Numbered from the stretch's first letter, positions 27,576 through 38,730 are shown. The stretch: DNA of 64,000 bases from Crocinitomicaceae bacterium (GCA_002693775.1 NZRP01000015.1:6601-70600); one strand, 5' to 3'. The notes: generated by a model from the sequence alone, not told the origin. Numbers and translations are program-made.

Positions 27576-30350
27576 ATGGATTTTTTAAATCAAAATTTAC
27601 TTTACCTAATTCCAGCCATCGCTGTGTTTGGCCTAATTATAATGGCTATTCAAACTGCTTGGATTAAAAAGCAGTCTACTGGAAATGAGCGTATGTCAGA
27701 AATCGCTAAGTACATCCACAATGGTGCACTAGCTTTCTTAAATGCTGAATACCGCCTTCTTGCTGTGTTCGTTGTAATTGCTGGAGCTCTTCTAGGATAT
27801 ATTTCTACTATTGTTGAATCAACTCACTGGTTTATCGTAGTTGCATTTGTAATCGGTGCTGTATTCTCTGCTGTCGCAGGTAACATCGGAATGCGTATTG
27901 CTACTGAGGCTAATGTTAGAACAACTGAAGCTGCACGCACTAGCCTATCTAAAGGACTTAAAGTTAGTTTCAGTGGAGGTACTGTAATGGGGCTTGGTGT
28001 TGCTGGTTTAGCAGTATTTGGACTAAGTATGCTTTTCATACTTTTAATTAAGACTCAAGTTCTTGGTGACATTGACGTAACTAACGTTGATGACATGATT
28101 GTAGTTCTTGAAGCTCTTGCTGGTTTCTCACTTGGTGCCGAGTCTATCGCACTTTTTGCTCGTGTAGGCGGAGGTATCTACACTAAGGCTGCTGACGTAG
28201 GCGCTGACCTTGTTGGTAAGGTTGAAGCTGGCATCCCTGAGGATGACCCACGTAACCCAGCGACTATCGCTGATAACGTAGGTGATAACGTAGGTGACGT
28301 AGCAGGCATGGGTGCTGACTTATTTGGCTCTTACGTAGCAACAGTTCTTGCAGCTATGGTATTGGGTGTTTACGTAGTACGTGATATGGGAGATAGCTAC
28401 CAAGATAAATTTGGTGGTCTTGCAACAGTACTTCTACCATTAGTTATTTCTGCTCTTGGAATCATCTTCTCAATTATCGGTTCTAAAATGATAAGCGTTA
28501 AAGACGGTGGAAAAGAGTCAGACGTACAATCTGCACTTAACAAGGGTAACTGGGGATCTATTATCCTAACAGCAATTGCTTGTTACTTCCTTATCAAGTG
28601 GATGCTACCTGAGGATTTAACTATGAAATTCTTTGAGGACAAAGCAAAGTCTGGAGCTAAATTCCCATCAATGAACGTATTCTACGCAGTACTTGTAGGA
28701 CTTGGTGTTGGCGGTGGAATTAGCTGGCTCACTGAATACTACACAGGACTAGGTAAGAAACCAGTTCTTGACATTGTAAGAAACTCAAGCACTGGAGCAG
28801 GAACTAATATTATTTCTGGACTAGCTGTGGGTATGATGTCTACGTTTGCTCCAATTATTCTTTTCGCAGCTGCGATTTACTTCTCATACGATTTCGCTGG
28901 ATTCTACGGTGTAGCAATTGCTGCTTGTGCAATGATGGCTACAACTGCTATGCAACTTGCAATCGACGCATTTGGCCCTATCGCTGATAACGCAGGAGGA
29001 ATTGCTGAGATGTGTGAACTACCTGAAGAGGTGAGAGAACGTACTGACATTCTTGATTCTGTTGGAAATACTACTGCAGCAATCGGTAAAGGATTCGCGA
29101 TCGCATCTGCTGCATTAACTGCTCTAGCACTTTTTGCTGCATACGTTACTATGTCGGGAATTCACGGCATTAACATTTTCAAAGCTGACGTACTTGCTAC
29201 ACTATTTGTTGGTGCAATGGTACCTGTAGTATTCTCTGCGCTTGCAATGAATTCTGTTGGTAAGGCTGCTATGGAAATGGTAAAAGAAGTTAGACGTCAG
29301 TTTAAAGAGATTCCTGGAATTATGGAAGGGAAAGGTACTCCTGAATACAGCAAGTGTGTAGACATCTCTACTCGTGCAGCTCTTAAGGAGATGATGCTTC
29401 CTGGTGCTATCACTATTATTTCTCCAATTCTAATTGGATTCACTATGGGTGCTGAGCCTCTAGGATCTTACATGGCTGGTGTAGCAGTAAGTGGTGTTCT
29501 TTGGGCAATATTTCAAAACAACGCTGGTGGCGCTTGGGACAATGCTAAGAAGAGCTTCGAAGCAGGTGTAGAAATCGACGGTGAAATGACATACAAAGGT
29601 TCAGATGCTCACAAAGCAGCTGTAACTGGTGATACTGTTGGTGACCCTTTCAAGGATACTTCTGGTCCATCGATGAACATCCTTATTAAGCTTACTTGCC
29701 TAATTGGTCTTGTAATCGCTCCTATATTGAATGATAGCCACGGATCTACTAACGCAACAGCCGACGAAATTGTATACAAAGCAGGCTCGGGCAATGCAGT
29801 AAGCATAGATATTCCTGATGGTATGTACTCGCTAACTAAGGTTGAGCCTAATATTGTTTGGACTGCAAAGAAGATTTCTGGATCTGGTCACAGCGGAACA
29901 ATTTCAGCTGTAAACGGAAAGTTTAAAGTAGAAGATAGTAAGATTGTTGGAGGAGGTCTTTCTCTTGACATGAACACTTTTACTTGTACTGATTTAGAAG
30001 GAGAGGACAAGCAAAACTTCAACGAGCACCTAAAGTCAGATGCCTTTTTAGAAGTTGAAAAATATCCAACTGCTGAGATTAAGATTTTAGGTATTCAAGC
30101 AAAGGAAGATGAACAATTTGCTAAAATCCGTCTGCAGCTTCACGGTGGTATTGTCGAGTACATTTCTCCAGTAAGCATTAAAGATTTTGAATTAGAGGAT
30201 GGAACTCAAGCTTTTAGCATCTCTGGAGAATTCTTCATTGATAGAACTAAGCATAATATTACTTACGGATCTGGCTCATTCTTTGAAAACTTAGGCGATA
30301 AGGCCATCAATGATGAGGTACTTATCAAGTTTACTTTCACTGCTGTATAA
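27576..30350 (+). CDS. hppA: Membrane-integral pyrophosphatase (K+-dependent type) fused to a C-terminal YceI-like domain
   Basis: 924 aa. PPase motifs are [35 protein letters not shown] (Ala, the K+-dependent signature) and [15 protein letters not shown]. The core ends around ...[10 protein letters not shown] (aa 718). Another 206 aa then follow in frame. Confidence 0.92.
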   Translation: MDFLNQNLLYLIPAIAVFGLIIMAIQTAWIKKQSTGNERMSEIAKYIHNGALAFLNAEYRLLAVFVVIAGALLGYISTIVESTHWFIVVAFVIGAVFSAVAGNIGMRIATEANVRTTEAARTSLSKGLKVSFSGGTVMGLGVAGLAVFGLSMLFILLIKTQVLGDIDVTNVDDMIVVLEALAGFSLGAESIALFARVGGGIYTKAADVGADLVGKVEAGIPEDDPRNPATIADNVGDNVGDVAGMGADLFGSYVATVLAAMVLGVYVVRDMGDSYQDKFGGLATVLLPLVISALGIIFSIIGSKMISVKDGGKESDVQSALNKGNWGSIILTAIACYFLIKWMLPEDLTMKFFEDKAKSGAKFPSMNVFYAVLVGLGVGGGISWLTEYYTGLGKKPVLDIVRNSSTGAGTNIISGLAVGMMSTFAPIILFAAAIYFSYDFAGFYGVAIAACAMMATTAMQLAIDAFGPIADNAGGIAEMCELPEEVRERTDILDSVGNTTAAIGKGFAIASAALTALALFAAYVTMSGIHGINIFKADVLATLFVGAMVPVVFSALAMNSVGKAAMEMVKEVRRQFKEIPGIMEGKGTPEYSKCVDISTRAALKEMMLPGAITIISPILIGFTMGAEPLGSYMAGVAVSGVLWAIFQNNAGGAWDNAKKSFEAGVEIDGEMTYKGSDAHKAAVTGDTVGDPFKDTSGPSMNILIKLTCLIGLVIAPILNDSHGSTNATADEIVYKAGSGNAVSIDIPDGMYSLTKVEPNIVWTAKKISGSGHSGTISAVNGKFKVEDSKIVGGGLSLDMNTFTCTDLEGEDKQNFNEHLKSDAFLEVEKYPTAEIKILGIQAKEDEQFAKIRLQLHGGIVEYISPVSIKDFELEDGTQAFSISGEFFIDRTKHNITYGSGSFFENLGDKAINDEVLIKFTFTAV
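29730..30347 (+). other. YceI-like (lipid/polyisoprenoid-binding beta-barrel) domain appended to HppA
   Basis: [16 protein letters not shown]...[11 protein letters not shown]...[21 protein letters not shown]...[14 protein letters not shown]...[11 protein letters not shown] follows the YceI family pattern (HLKS-x-DFF-x-V-x-KYP). Confidence 0.7.
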
Positions 30351-30369
30351 GTAGAAAGTTTAAAGCATC

Positions 30370-30398
30370 AAAAAGCCCCGCTAATAGCGGGGCTTTTT
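30370..30398. terminator. Bidirectional intrinsic terminator between hppA and the convergent dNK gene
   Basis: AAAAAGCCCCGC-TAATA-GCGGGGCTTTTT. Perfect 12-bp arms including the A/T tracts. Confidence 0.85.
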
Positions 30399-30413
30399 AT
30401 TTATGTAATGTTT

Positions 30414-31043
30414 TTATTTCTTGCCTGAATCGAATAACCCATGGAGCTTTCCATCAATAGATTCGATGATCTTACCTAGATCCTCCTTACTCTGGTGGAA
30501 ATTGTTATCATCAACATCGATGATTAATAATTCTCCTTTATCGTAAGTAGAAATCCAAGCTTCGTAACGCTCATTTAATCTACTTAAGTAATCTAACCTA
30601 ATTGCCTCTTCGTAGTCACGTCCACGTTCTTGGATTTGGGATACAAGAGTTGGAACAGAAGCCCTTAAATAAATTAATAGATCTGGAGGGCTAACAAATG
30701 ACTCCATTAGACCAAATAATAACAGATAGTTATCGAAGTCACGCTTAGTCAACAAACCCATTGCGTTTAAATTGGGAGCAAAGATGTGTGCGTCCTCATA
30801 AATCGTTCTATCCTGGATGATAGGCTTACCCTTCTCCTTAAGATCTATCAATTGGGCAAATCTAGAATTCAAAAAGTACACCTGCAGGTTGAATGACCAA
30901 CGCTGCATGTCTTTATAGAAGTCGTTTAAATATGGATTATCGTCAACGCTCTCAAAGTGTGGAGTGTAACGGTAATGCTTGGCTAAGAGAGTAGTCAGTG
31001 TAGTTTTACCTGACCCAATATTTCCGGCTACGGCTAAATGCAT
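30414..31043 (-). CDS. Deoxynucleoside kinase (paralog 2)
   Basis: 209 aa. P-loop AGNIGSGKTTL, DDNPYLNDFY and ERGRDYE. Confidence 0.9.
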   Translation of the reverse strand: MHLAVAGNIGSGKTTLTTLLAKHYRYTPHFESVDDNPYLNDFYKDMQRWSFNLQVYFLNSRFAQLIDLKEKGKPIIQDRTIYEDAHIFAPNLNAMGLLTKRDFDNYLLLFGLMESFVSPPDLLIYLRASVPTLVSQIQERGRDYEEAIRLDYLSRLNERYEAWISTYDKGELLIIDVDDNNFHQSKEDLGKIIESIDGKLHGLFDSGKK

Positions 31044-31088
31044 TGTAAAAAAGTAATAGACTCGAAAAATAGCACCAAAGAGGAGTCC

Positions 31089-32615
31089 CTACAAGATTTC
31101 ATCAATGATTTTACGACTATTAGAAAGCCTGGGGATTTTATGCTGCCCACCTAATTTTCCACGACTATCTAACCACCCTTCAAAAGTTCCTACAGGCATG
31201 AAATTAACCTTGGGCAATTGAAGTACTAGGTCGTTAGACCTTTTAGCAGAGTAATCCGAATTAAGATCCATCAAGTGCTTATCTAGAATCCTAGCAAACT
31301 CCACTGCATCCATTTCACGTGGCTTTTCTTCCTGTAACTCCACTGCCCATTCATGACCAATTGGGTTACCTGAATCCTCAGAAAATAAAGGCGCTACAGT
31401 AAATTCTTTCAAAGAATACCCAGCAGATTTCAAGGACATTGACAATGCTTTTTCAGCTGTTGAAATCATTAACTCCTCTCCTACTACATTTATATAGGAA
31501 GTAGTTCTTCCAGCTATTTCAATTCGATAAGGAGCAAGAGAAGTAAATCTGATAACATCGCCTAATAAATATCTCCAAAGGCCAGCATTAGTAGAAATCA
31601 CTATTGCGTAATCGACTCCCGTCTCAACATCAGACAGCTCTATTGTAGACATCGTGTCTAATCTATCCACATCAAATTCACTCATAGGAATAAACTCATA
31701 GTAGATTCCATGATTCAACAGCAATGCCATATCCCTTCTATCAAGGTCATCTTGAAGAGCAAAGAATCCCTCCGAGGCATTATACGTTTCCATATAATGC
31801 ATGTTCTCAGATTTGATCAGGCTCTTAAACTCACTCTCATATGGATCAAACCCAACTCCTCCGTGCATATACAACCACAGGTTAGGCCAAACCTCATCTA
31901 AGCTCTCCACCTTTTTAATCCTCATAACCTCCTTACACACCACTAGCATCCAGCTTGGCACGCCTGCAAGAATTCTAACGTCCTCTTCAGCAACTTTTTC
32001 AGCCATGAGATTAACCTTCACCTTCCAATCTTCGAGGAGAGTAATCTCCCTACTGGGAGTTCTTCGCATCTCAACCCATGGAGGAAGATTCCTAACAATG
32101 ATTGCAGACAAATCTCCAGTGTATGCACCTGAACCGTCTTCATGAAGCGCGCTTGAGCCTCCGATAATCAAGTGTTTTCCGGCGTATAGCGGCGCATTGG
32201 GCCTTTGCTCACAGAAGATTGAAAGAAGATCCCTCCCACCTTTATAATGCCCCTTTTTCAAGGACTCTTCTGTAACAGGAAGATATTTACTCCTATCAGA
32301 TGTTGTGCCTGAGCTCTTTGCAAACCAATTTGTTTTTCCAGGCCAAACCACACTCAGTTCACCTCTCCTAGCGCGTTCTATCCAAGGCTTAAACTCATCA
32401 TAAGTCCTAATAGGAATTAGGCCTCGGAACTGATCTTTAGGAAGAGTAGAGTTGAAATAACTTACACCGTGTTCCTCTCCAAATTGAGTATCACACAACT
32501 GCTCAAAAAGATCGGTGAAAACTGCTTCTGAAGATTCGATTGGAGCAGAAAGAGATTTATTTATCTCCTTCATTCTCAACCTAATGAATCTAGAAAAGAG
32601 TTTATTTATAGGCAT
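31089..32615 (-). CDS. GH3 (auxin-responsive promoter / JAR1-like acyl-acid amido synthetase) family protein
   Basis: 508 aa. FAKSSGTTSDRSKYLPVT adenylation motif and a YNASEGFFA-type segment, as seen in bacterial GH3-family proteins. Confidence 0.8.
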   Translation of the reverse strand: MPINKLFSRFIRLRMKEINKSLSAPIESSEAVFTDLFEQLCDTQFGEEHGVSYFNSTLPKDQFRGLIPIRTYDEFKPWIERARRGELSVVWPGKTNWFAKSSGTTSDRSKYLPVTEESLKKGHYKGGRDLLSIFCEQRPNAPLYAGKHLIIGGSSALHEDGSGAYTGDLSAIIVRNLPPWVEMRRTPSREITLLEDWKVKVNLMAEKVAEEDVRILAGVPSWMLVVCKEVMRIKKVESLDEVWPNLWLYMHGGVGFDPYESEFKSLIKSENMHYMETYNASEGFFALQDDLDRRDMALLLNHGIYYEFIPMSEFDVDRLDTMSTIELSDVETGVDYAIVISTNAGLWRYLLGDVIRFTSLAPYRIEIAGRTTSYINVVGEELMISTAEKALSMSLKSAGYSLKEFTVAPLFSEDSGNPIGHEWAVELQEEKPREMDAVEFARILDKHLMDLNSDYSAKRSNDLVLQLPKVNFMPVGTFEGWLDSRGKLGGQHKIPRLSNSRKIIDEIL

Positions 32616-32616
32616 G

Positions 32617-33759
32617 CTATTTTACTGGATCAAATACCTTAGAAACAGCATCTAAGGCAAAATCTATTTCCTCCTCAGTTGTGTAGTGAGAGAAGGAGAA
32701 CCTAAGACTAGCTCTTTCTGGGTCGTGGAAGCCCAGCGAGTTTAATACGTGAGAGCCTTTAGTTGCTCCTGAAGAACAAGCACTTCCACCAGAGCAGGCA
32801 ACACCTTCGAGGTCCAGTAAGAATAGGGCCATACCGCTATTAGGGTGTGGCGGAAACTTCACATTAAGGACGGTGTAGAGCCTTGATTCGCAGTCAGAGT
32901 TAGCATTGAAGGAAACTCCTGGGATTCGTTCGCGGAGGCCGTCGGCCATGCGTTTTTTAATGCTCCTAACGTGCTTTTCGTGGGCTTCGATATTGCCGTA
33001 GGCGAGGTTGATTGCTGCGGCTAGACCTACAATCCCGTGTAGGTTTTCAGTTCCAGAACGCAATCCACGCTCCTGGCCTCCTCCGACAATTTGGGAACGG
33101 ATTTTATTTTTAGGGTGGGCGTACAAGAAGCCTGTACCCTTAGGGCCGTGAAATTTGTGAGCGGAACAAGTTAGGTAGTCAATTTCCAGGGAATCTAGGC
33201 TGAAGGGGTAATGCCCCATGGTTTGGACTGTATCACTATGGAAAACAGCATCATAATTTTTACACAGCTCAGAAATCTTATCAAGCGGCTGAATCACCCC
33301 AATCTCATTATTCGCATGCATCAGACTAACCAAGGTGCGTGGGCCAGAAGAAAGCAGCTCCTCCAGGTGGGCCAAATCAACTGACGCATCCTCCAAATGC
33401 TTAACGTGCACAAGCTCAACTCCAAATAGAGTAGACATCTTTTCAGCACTAGCAATTACAGCGCTATGCTCAGCTGGTGATGTGATAATCCTATCGCATC
33501 CCAAATCTTTCACAGCAGTTCTCAGAGCAAGATTATCAGCCTCAGTTCCACCAGAAGTGAAGATGATGCTCTTAGGCTCACAACCTAATCTACGAGCAAT
33601 ATCCCTACGTGAAGTTTCTATTAAAGCCTTTGCCTTTCTTCCTGTTGCATGGCTTGACGATGGGTTCCCATAAACGTCTCTAAGCACTGGCAACATTGCC
33701 TCTGCCACCTCTGGCGCTAACGGCGTAGTAGCCGCATTATCTAAGTAAATCTGTTTCAC
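32617..33759 (-). CDS. Cysteine desulfurase (class V aminotransferase, NifS/IscS-like)
   Basis: 380 aa. IYLDNAATTP, PLP-lysine motif SAHKFHGPKG and active-site SGGSACSSG. Confidence 0.9.
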   Translation of the reverse strand: MKQIYLDNAATTPLAPEVAEAMLPVLRDVYGNPSSSHATGRKAKALIETSRRDIARRLGCEPKSIIFTSGGTEADNLALRTAVKDLGCDRIITSPAEHSAVIASAEKMSTLFGVELVHVKHLEDASVDLAHLEELLSSGPRTLVSLMHANNEIGVIQPLDKISELCKNYDAVFHSDTVQTMGHYPFSLDSLEIDYLTCSAHKFHGPKGTGFLYAHPKNKIRSQIVGGGQERGLRSGTENLHGIVGLAAAINLAYGNIEAHEKHVRSIKKRMADGLRERIPGVSFNANSDCESRLYTVLNVKFPPHPNSGMALFLLDLEGVACSGGSACSSGATKGSHVLNSLGFHDPERASLRFSFSHYTTEEEIDFALDAVSKVFDPVK

Positions 33760-35129
33760 AGCAAACTAAGTAATTCCTCTTTAAATCTTCCTGCAAGAGC
33801 ATTTGCATCAGCCTCAGTTGCAGATTCTGCATATACTCTAATAATCGGCTCAGTGTTACTTCTTCGAAGGTGAACCCATCCTTCTTCCAGGTCAAATTTA
33901 ACTCCATCCACAGTGTTAATTTCAGCATCTGGGTGGTTTTTAACCAGTTGATCCAATGCGTCTTCGACTCCCGATTCAGGTAACTCAATTTTATCCTTAC
34001 AAATAACTAAATCTGGATATGTCGCTCTTAATGCTGAGCATCGTAATCCCTTCTCAACAAGATGAGTTAAAAACATTCCAACTCCCACTAGAGCATCTCT
34101 TCCTGCGTGAGAAGTAGGATATATAATTCCTCCATTTCCCTCACCTCCAATTATCGCGTTTGTTGAGCGTATAGCCTCAACTACGTTTACTTCACCTACA
34201 GCTGAAGCAGTGTATGAGCAACCATGCTTTTCTGTTACAATGCTCAAAGCTCTTGTAGAACTCATATTGCTGACTGTATTGCCAGGTGTTTTAGAAAGCA
34301 CATAATCTGCAACAGCTACAAGTGTGTATTCTTCGCCAAAGAAGGATCCATCCTCAGTAACAAAACACAGCCGATCAACATCAGGATCAACGCTGATTCC
34401 CAAATGACATCCATACTCTACTACTGCATTACTCAAGTCAACCAAGTGATGAGGTAGAGGCTCAGGGTTGTGTGCAAAATCTCCTGTTGGATCGCAGTGA
34501 ACTTTTACAACCTCCACTCCTAGTGCTTCAAGCAACATAGGAATTGCAATTCCGCCAGATGAGTTAACTCCATCAACAGCAACCTTCAGTCCAGCTGATC
34601 TAATCACAGAGGCATCCACAAGATCAAGACCAAGGACATGATCAACATGCCACTTAATCCATGTATCGTCACAAGTGGTTTTCCCCAGATCATCAACCTC
34701 AGAGTATGAAGTTTCTGATTCAGAAAACTCAAGGACCTTCTCCCCTGCTAGCTTATTTAAAAATTCGCCTTTAGAATTTAAAAGTTTGAGGGCGTTCCAA
34801 TTTTTAGGATTATGAGATGCCGTGAGAATTATTCCGCCCTGAGCGCCTAGCTCTGGAACTGCTAATTCTACTGTTGGTGTTGTGCTTAAACCCAAATCAA
34901 TAACATCCACTCCCAAGCTGTTCAGTGTTGACGAAACAAGCAAGCTCACCATTGGGCCAGATATCCTTGCGTCTCTGCCTATTACAACAACTGGTTTTTC
35001 AAGTCCACTATCCTCTTTTACCCACAGCGCGTAACCCGTTGCAAACTTTACCACATCAGGTGGCGTGAGAGCTTCTCCGGGCACTCCTCCAATGGTGCCT
35101 CTGATACCAGAAATCGACTTAATTAACAT
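33756..35129 (-). CDS. glmM: Phosphoglucosamine mutase
   Basis: SGIRG, phosphoserine loop TASHNP and GGEGNGG motifs. The start is set at MLIKSISGIRG (ATG 35129). Confidence 0.9.
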   Translation of the reverse strand: MLIKSISGIRGTIGGVPGEALTPPDVVKFATGYALWVKEDSGLEKPVVVIGRDARISGPMVSLLVSSTLNSLGVDVIDLGLSTTPTVELAVPELGAQGGIILTASHNPKNWNALKLLNSKGEFLNKLAGEKVLEFSESETSYSEVDDLGKTTCDDTWIKWHVDHVLGLDLVDASVIRSAGLKVAVDGVNSSGGIAIPMLLEALGVEVVKVHCDPTGDFAHNPEPLPHHLVDLSNAVVEYGCHLGISVDPDVDRLCFVTEDGSFFGEEYTLVAVADYVLSKTPGNTVSNMSSTRALSIVTEKHGCSYTASAVGEVNVVEAIRSTNAIIGGEGNGGIIYPTSHAGRDALVGVGMFLTHLVEKGLRCSALRATYPDLVICKDKIELPESGVEDALDQLVKNHPDAEINTVDGVKFDLEEGWVHLRRSNTEPIIRVYAESATEADANALAGRFKEELLSLL

Positions 35130-35247
35130 TCTTACAAAGTAAAGCAGAATAGAATTACTAGTTAACATTAGTTTTCCTCTAAGTATGTTAAAAACCCGTG
35201 AGATTTTAGTAATTATTTCCGACCTTTGAACGTTAGATTTGGTAGGG

Positions 35248-36660
35248 ATGAACGACGACGGTAGACAATATCAAGGCAAGAGCGAAATCGACAACTTAGT
35301 CAAGCGTTTTGAGCGCATGATTGAGGATAACGACCAGCAGTATTTTGACCTTGAAGAATTCGAGGCAATCATCAGCCACTACTTGAGTTTTGGAGAGATT
35401 GGGAGCGCTAAAAAAGTTCTTCAATACGCCAGCACATTATTTCCTGAGAATTTGATGCTTCAACTTAGAGAAGCCCAAATCCTAGCTAGCATGGGTAAAC
35501 ACATCCAAGCTATCCCACGCCTAAAAACACTCCTTGCCTTCGAACCAAATAACGAGGAGATCCACCTTTGTCTTGCAAGCATCTTCAGCCAGATAAAAGA
35601 ACACAGAATGGCTATCAAGCATTTCCGCAAAGCTCTTAACTGTGCTGACAAGGAAATACACAAGGATATCTATGTAGATATTTCAGTTGAGCATCAAAAT
35701 CTAGGCGAATGGAGAAAGGCTATTTCTGTTTTAAAAGATGCGCTTTACTCTGACCCTAACAACGACGCAGCTCTTTTTGAAATAGCATTCTGTTTCGATA
35801 AGGCAGGCGCTATGACAGAAGGCATAGATTACTATAACGAGTACATTGATTCTGCTCCATACAGTAAAGCTGCTTGGTATAACCTGGGCAACATGCACCA
35901 CAGGGTAGGAAAGATTAAAGATGCAGTATCTGCTTATGATTTTGCGATTGCAATTGACAACAATTACATAAGAGCATACCATCAGAAAGCGGAAGCGCTA
36001 CTAGCTGGTGAATTCTTTGCTGAATCACTCGAAGCCTTCAGAGACATACTAAGCATTGAGCCTAAATCAGCATACATTCTATGCAATATGGGCGAATGCT
36101 ATGAGAGGCTGAATGAATATGAGAAAGCTGAAAGCATGTACAAAGAGAGTCTGGACTTAGACCCTGAGTACACAGATGCTTTTATCGGGCTAGGAGTTTT
36201 AGCTGACCTTCAATCTCTACCAACTGTTGCAGTACAGTACTTTGAACACGCTGCAACACTTGATAGCTACAATATTGACTACAAGCTTCTACTTGCTACA
36301 TCTTTAATTAAGGTGGGCAAGCCCCAAAAAGCTGAAGAATATTTCACCCACATCATTGAACGCGATCCTAAAAACGAGGACGCTTGGGAGGGAAGAATTG
36401 ACAACCTTCAAAAAATTGAAGCACACGAGGCAGCATTGGAAGCTCTTGAACAAGGACTATCAATTGTCAAGAACCCTACTCTTCTTTTATACCAACAAGT
36501 ATTGAGTTTGTATAAAATTGGAAGGGAAGCACAAGCTATCGATCTTTTTGAGCAACTTCTAATGCACACATTTGACAAATCTTCCAGAATCATTGAAGCA
36601 TTCCCTGAACTGCTTGAGGATTCTAGAATTGCAGAGTTATACTCAAGACTCAAACCATAA
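35248..36660 (+). CDS. TPR-repeat protein
   Basis: About 470 aa of tandem 34-aa TPR units (e.g. AWYNLGNMHHRVGKIKDAVSAYDFAIAIDNNY). ATG 35248 is preferred over TTG 35239. Confidence 0.8.
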   Translation: MNDDGRQYQGKSEIDNLVKRFERMIEDNDQQYFDLEEFEAIISHYLSFGEIGSAKKVLQYASTLFPENLMLQLREAQILASMGKHIQAIPRLKTLLAFEPNNEEIHLCLASIFSQIKEHRMAIKHFRKALNCADKEIHKDIYVDISVEHQNLGEWRKAISVLKDALYSDPNNDAALFEIAFCFDKAGAMTEGIDYYNEYIDSAPYSKAAWYNLGNMHHRVGKIKDAVSAYDFAIAIDNNYIRAYHQKAEALLAGEFFAESLEAFRDILSIEPKSAYILCNMGECYERLNEYEKAESMYKESLDLDPEYTDAFIGLGVLADLQSLPTVAVQYFEHAATLDSYNIDYKLLLATSLIKVGKPQKAEEYFTHIIERDPKNEDAWEGRIDNLQKIEAHEAALEALEQGLSIVKNPTLLLYQQVLSLYKIGREAQAIDLFEQLLMHTFDKSSRIIEAFPELLEDSRIAELYSRLKP

Positions 36661-36665
36661 TTTAA

Positions 36666-37475
36666 ATGAACACCCATCTTTCACACGTCCCTGACCGCAC
36701 AAGTAAACCTAGAAACTCTGGGCTTACTATGGTTATGGATAAAGGATTGAGTTTGAGACAAGCTGAAGATCTGATTTCATCAGACGCGCATAGGGTTGAC
36801 TTATTGAAACTAGGGTTTGGCACAGCTCTAATTACTTCAAACATCAAGGAAAAGGTGAAACTTTACAAGGATGCTGGGATTGAGGTGTATTGTGGTGGAA
36901 CTCTTTTTGAAGCATTTTTTATCCGTCGCTCATTAGACGATTACCTAAGATTTATTGATGACTTAGGGCTTTCTTGCTTAGAGGTTAGTGATGGCTCTAT
37001 GGTTATTGAGGAGGATGAGAAATGTGAGATCATCCACAAGCTGAGTAAGAATTACAAGGTTCTAAGTGAGGTTGGATCTAAGGAAGCGGGTATTTTAATC
37101 AGTCCTTCTAAATGGACTAGCATGATGAGCAAGGAGCTCGAGGCTGGCAGCTGGAAAGTGATTGCAGAAGCTAGAGAGAGTGGAAATGTGGGGATTTACA
37201 GACCCAACGGATCAGCACACACTGCACTAATCAGAAAAATCCTAGCTAAGGTAGATTTAGATGATATCCTTTGGGAGGCACCTAAGAAGGCTCAGCAGGT
37301 TTGGTTTATACAGCAGTTTGGAGCAAATGTTAACCTTGGAAATATTGGTCCTTGGGACATAATACCTCTTGAAGCCTTGAGACTAGGGCTTAGAGGTGAC
37401 ACTTTCTTTGAATACCTACCTGAAAGCATGGCTGAAGGTCTTAGACAAGAGCCAGACAACGACGACGACGAATGA
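36666..37475 (+). CDS. Phosphosulfolactate synthase (ComA family, PEP + sulfite)
   Basis: 269 aa. KPRNSGLTMVMDKG...VDLLKLGFGTA...LEVSDG follows the ComA/PF02679 pattern. The assignment is from memory of the family. Confidence 0.7.
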   Translation: MNTHLSHVPDRTSKPRNSGLTMVMDKGLSLRQAEDLISSDAHRVDLLKLGFGTALITSNIKEKVKLYKDAGIEVYCGGTLFEAFFIRRSLDDYLRFIDDLGLSCLEVSDGSMVIEEDEKCEIIHKLSKNYKVLSEVGSKEAGILISPSKWTSMMSKELEAGSWKVIAEARESGNVGIYRPNGSAHTALIRKILAKVDLDDILWEAPKKAQQVWFIQQFGANVNLGNIGPWDIIPLEALRLGLRGDTFFEYLPESMAEGLRQEPDNDDDE

Positions 37476-37792
37476 AAACCATAAAGGCAACAGAACTCAA
37501 GGAGTGGTTAGACTCTTCTAAAGAAGTTCAAATCATAGATGTGCGCGAACCTTGGGAAAGAGAAGTAGGTCTTATCGAAGGCTCTAATCACATAGTTATG
37601 AATTTACTGGGTGAGAATCTAGACCAAATCAGAAAGGATTGCGACGTTGTAATTCACTGCAGATCTGGAGCAAGGTCAGCAGCTGTTACACATCACCTTG
37701 AGACACAACTTGGATACACTAACGTCATCAACTTAGAGGGTGGGATAACTGCTTGGGCGGAATTAGTAGACGCTAACGTAGAAGTAGCATGA
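37472..37792 (+). CDS. Single-domain rhodanese-like sulfurtransferase
   Basis: 106 aa with active-site loop HCRSGARS. ATGA overlap with the upstream gene. Confidence 0.85.
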   Translation: MKTIKATELKEWLDSSKEVQIIDVREPWEREVGLIEGSNHIVMNLLGENLDQIRKDCDVVIHCRSGARSAAVTHHLETQLGYTNVINLEGGITAWAELVDANVEVA

Positions 37793-38730
37793 GAACCGCT
37801 GGGGATTGGGCTAGGCTTGTAGCAAAGGGATTTGCTATGGGTACAGCAGATATCGTCCCCGGAGTAAGCGGAGGTACAATTGCTTTTATCACTGGAATTT
37901 ATTCAGAGCTTATCTCAACAATTGCAGGCCTCGGTCCTTCTACTGTTGCAGATTTATTCAAGCTTGGGATTGTCGAGACTTGGAAGAAATACAACCTAAG
38001 TTTTTTAACCGCTCTTGTTGGAGGGATACTAACTGCTGTTGTTCTAATTTCAAATGTTGTCCATTCACTACAGGATACTCATCCTAAAGAACTCAATGGG
38101 TTTTTCATGGGGCTTGTGATTGCTTCAATACCTCTGATTGCAAGATCCATCAATAAGAAAAAACTGACTAACCTGTTGATGCTAGCCATAGGTGGAGCAG
38201 TTGCATTCTACATTACAAGTAGAGAGCCCATAGCTGGGATGAATTCTTATTGGTATTTAGCTCTAACTGGAGCAATTGCCATTTGCGCGATGATACTGCC
38301 TGGGATAAGCGGGAGTTTCCTGCTGATAATCTTGGGGACTTATTCTAGAATTACAGGAGCGTTTGATTTGAGAGATGAAACAACTGAAATTTTAAGTTTG
38401 GATAATTTGGAGCTAACTAATATCGTTGTGTTTGCTTCTGGAGTTGTTTTAGGACTCTTGCTTTTCACTCGAGGCGTAAAGAAGATCTTAGATCTGTACT
38501 ACGAGCAGACCTTAAGCGTACTTGTTGGTTTTATGATTGGAGCATTAGGCGTGCTATGGCCTTGGAAGAAAAATTTAAGAGTGCTATTTGAGCATAGTGA
38601 TGGAAGGAAAGAATACTTAACTGAGAATATCGCGCCTTATGGGGAGACCGTGGAGATAGCCGTTGTTTGTGGCGTGGCGTTGTTGGGTGCGGTGATAGTG
38701 ACGGGGCTGGATAAACTGTCGAGGAGATGA
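37789..38730 (+). CDS. DUF368-family polytopic membrane protein (family implicated in undecaprenyl-phosphate translocation)
   Basis: 313 aa. The MGTADIVPGVSGGTIAFITGIY and ILPGISGSF twin motifs are typical of DUF368. ATGA overlaps on both sides. Confidence 0.8.
   Translation: MRTAGDWARLVAKGFAMGTADIVPGVSGGTIAFITGIYSELISTIAGLGPSTVADLFKLGIVETWKKYNLSFLTALVGGILTAVVLISNVVHSLQDTHPKELNGFFMGLVIASIPLIARSINKKKLTNLLMLAIGGAVAFYITSREPIAGMNSYWYLALTGAIAICAMILPGISGSFLLIILGTYSRITGAFDLRDETTEILSLDNLELTNIVVFASGVVLGLLLFTRGVKKILDLYYEQTLSVLVGFMIGALGVLWPWKKNLRVLFEHSDGRKEYLTENIAPYGETVEIAVVCGVALLGAVIVTGLDKLSRR

Noticed and set aside
28272-28295. Perfect 12-nt tandem duplication gataacgtaggt x2
   Set aside because: It encodes the universally conserved DNVGDNVGD motif of membrane pyrophosphatases. 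It is a coding constraint, not a repeat element.
7448-31043. Two 209-aa deoxynucleoside kinase genes (7448..8077 and 30414..31043) as a possible duplication or repeat
   Set aside because: The proteins share family motifs, but the nucleotide sequences are clearly diverged. Paired dNK paralogs with different base specificity are ordinary.
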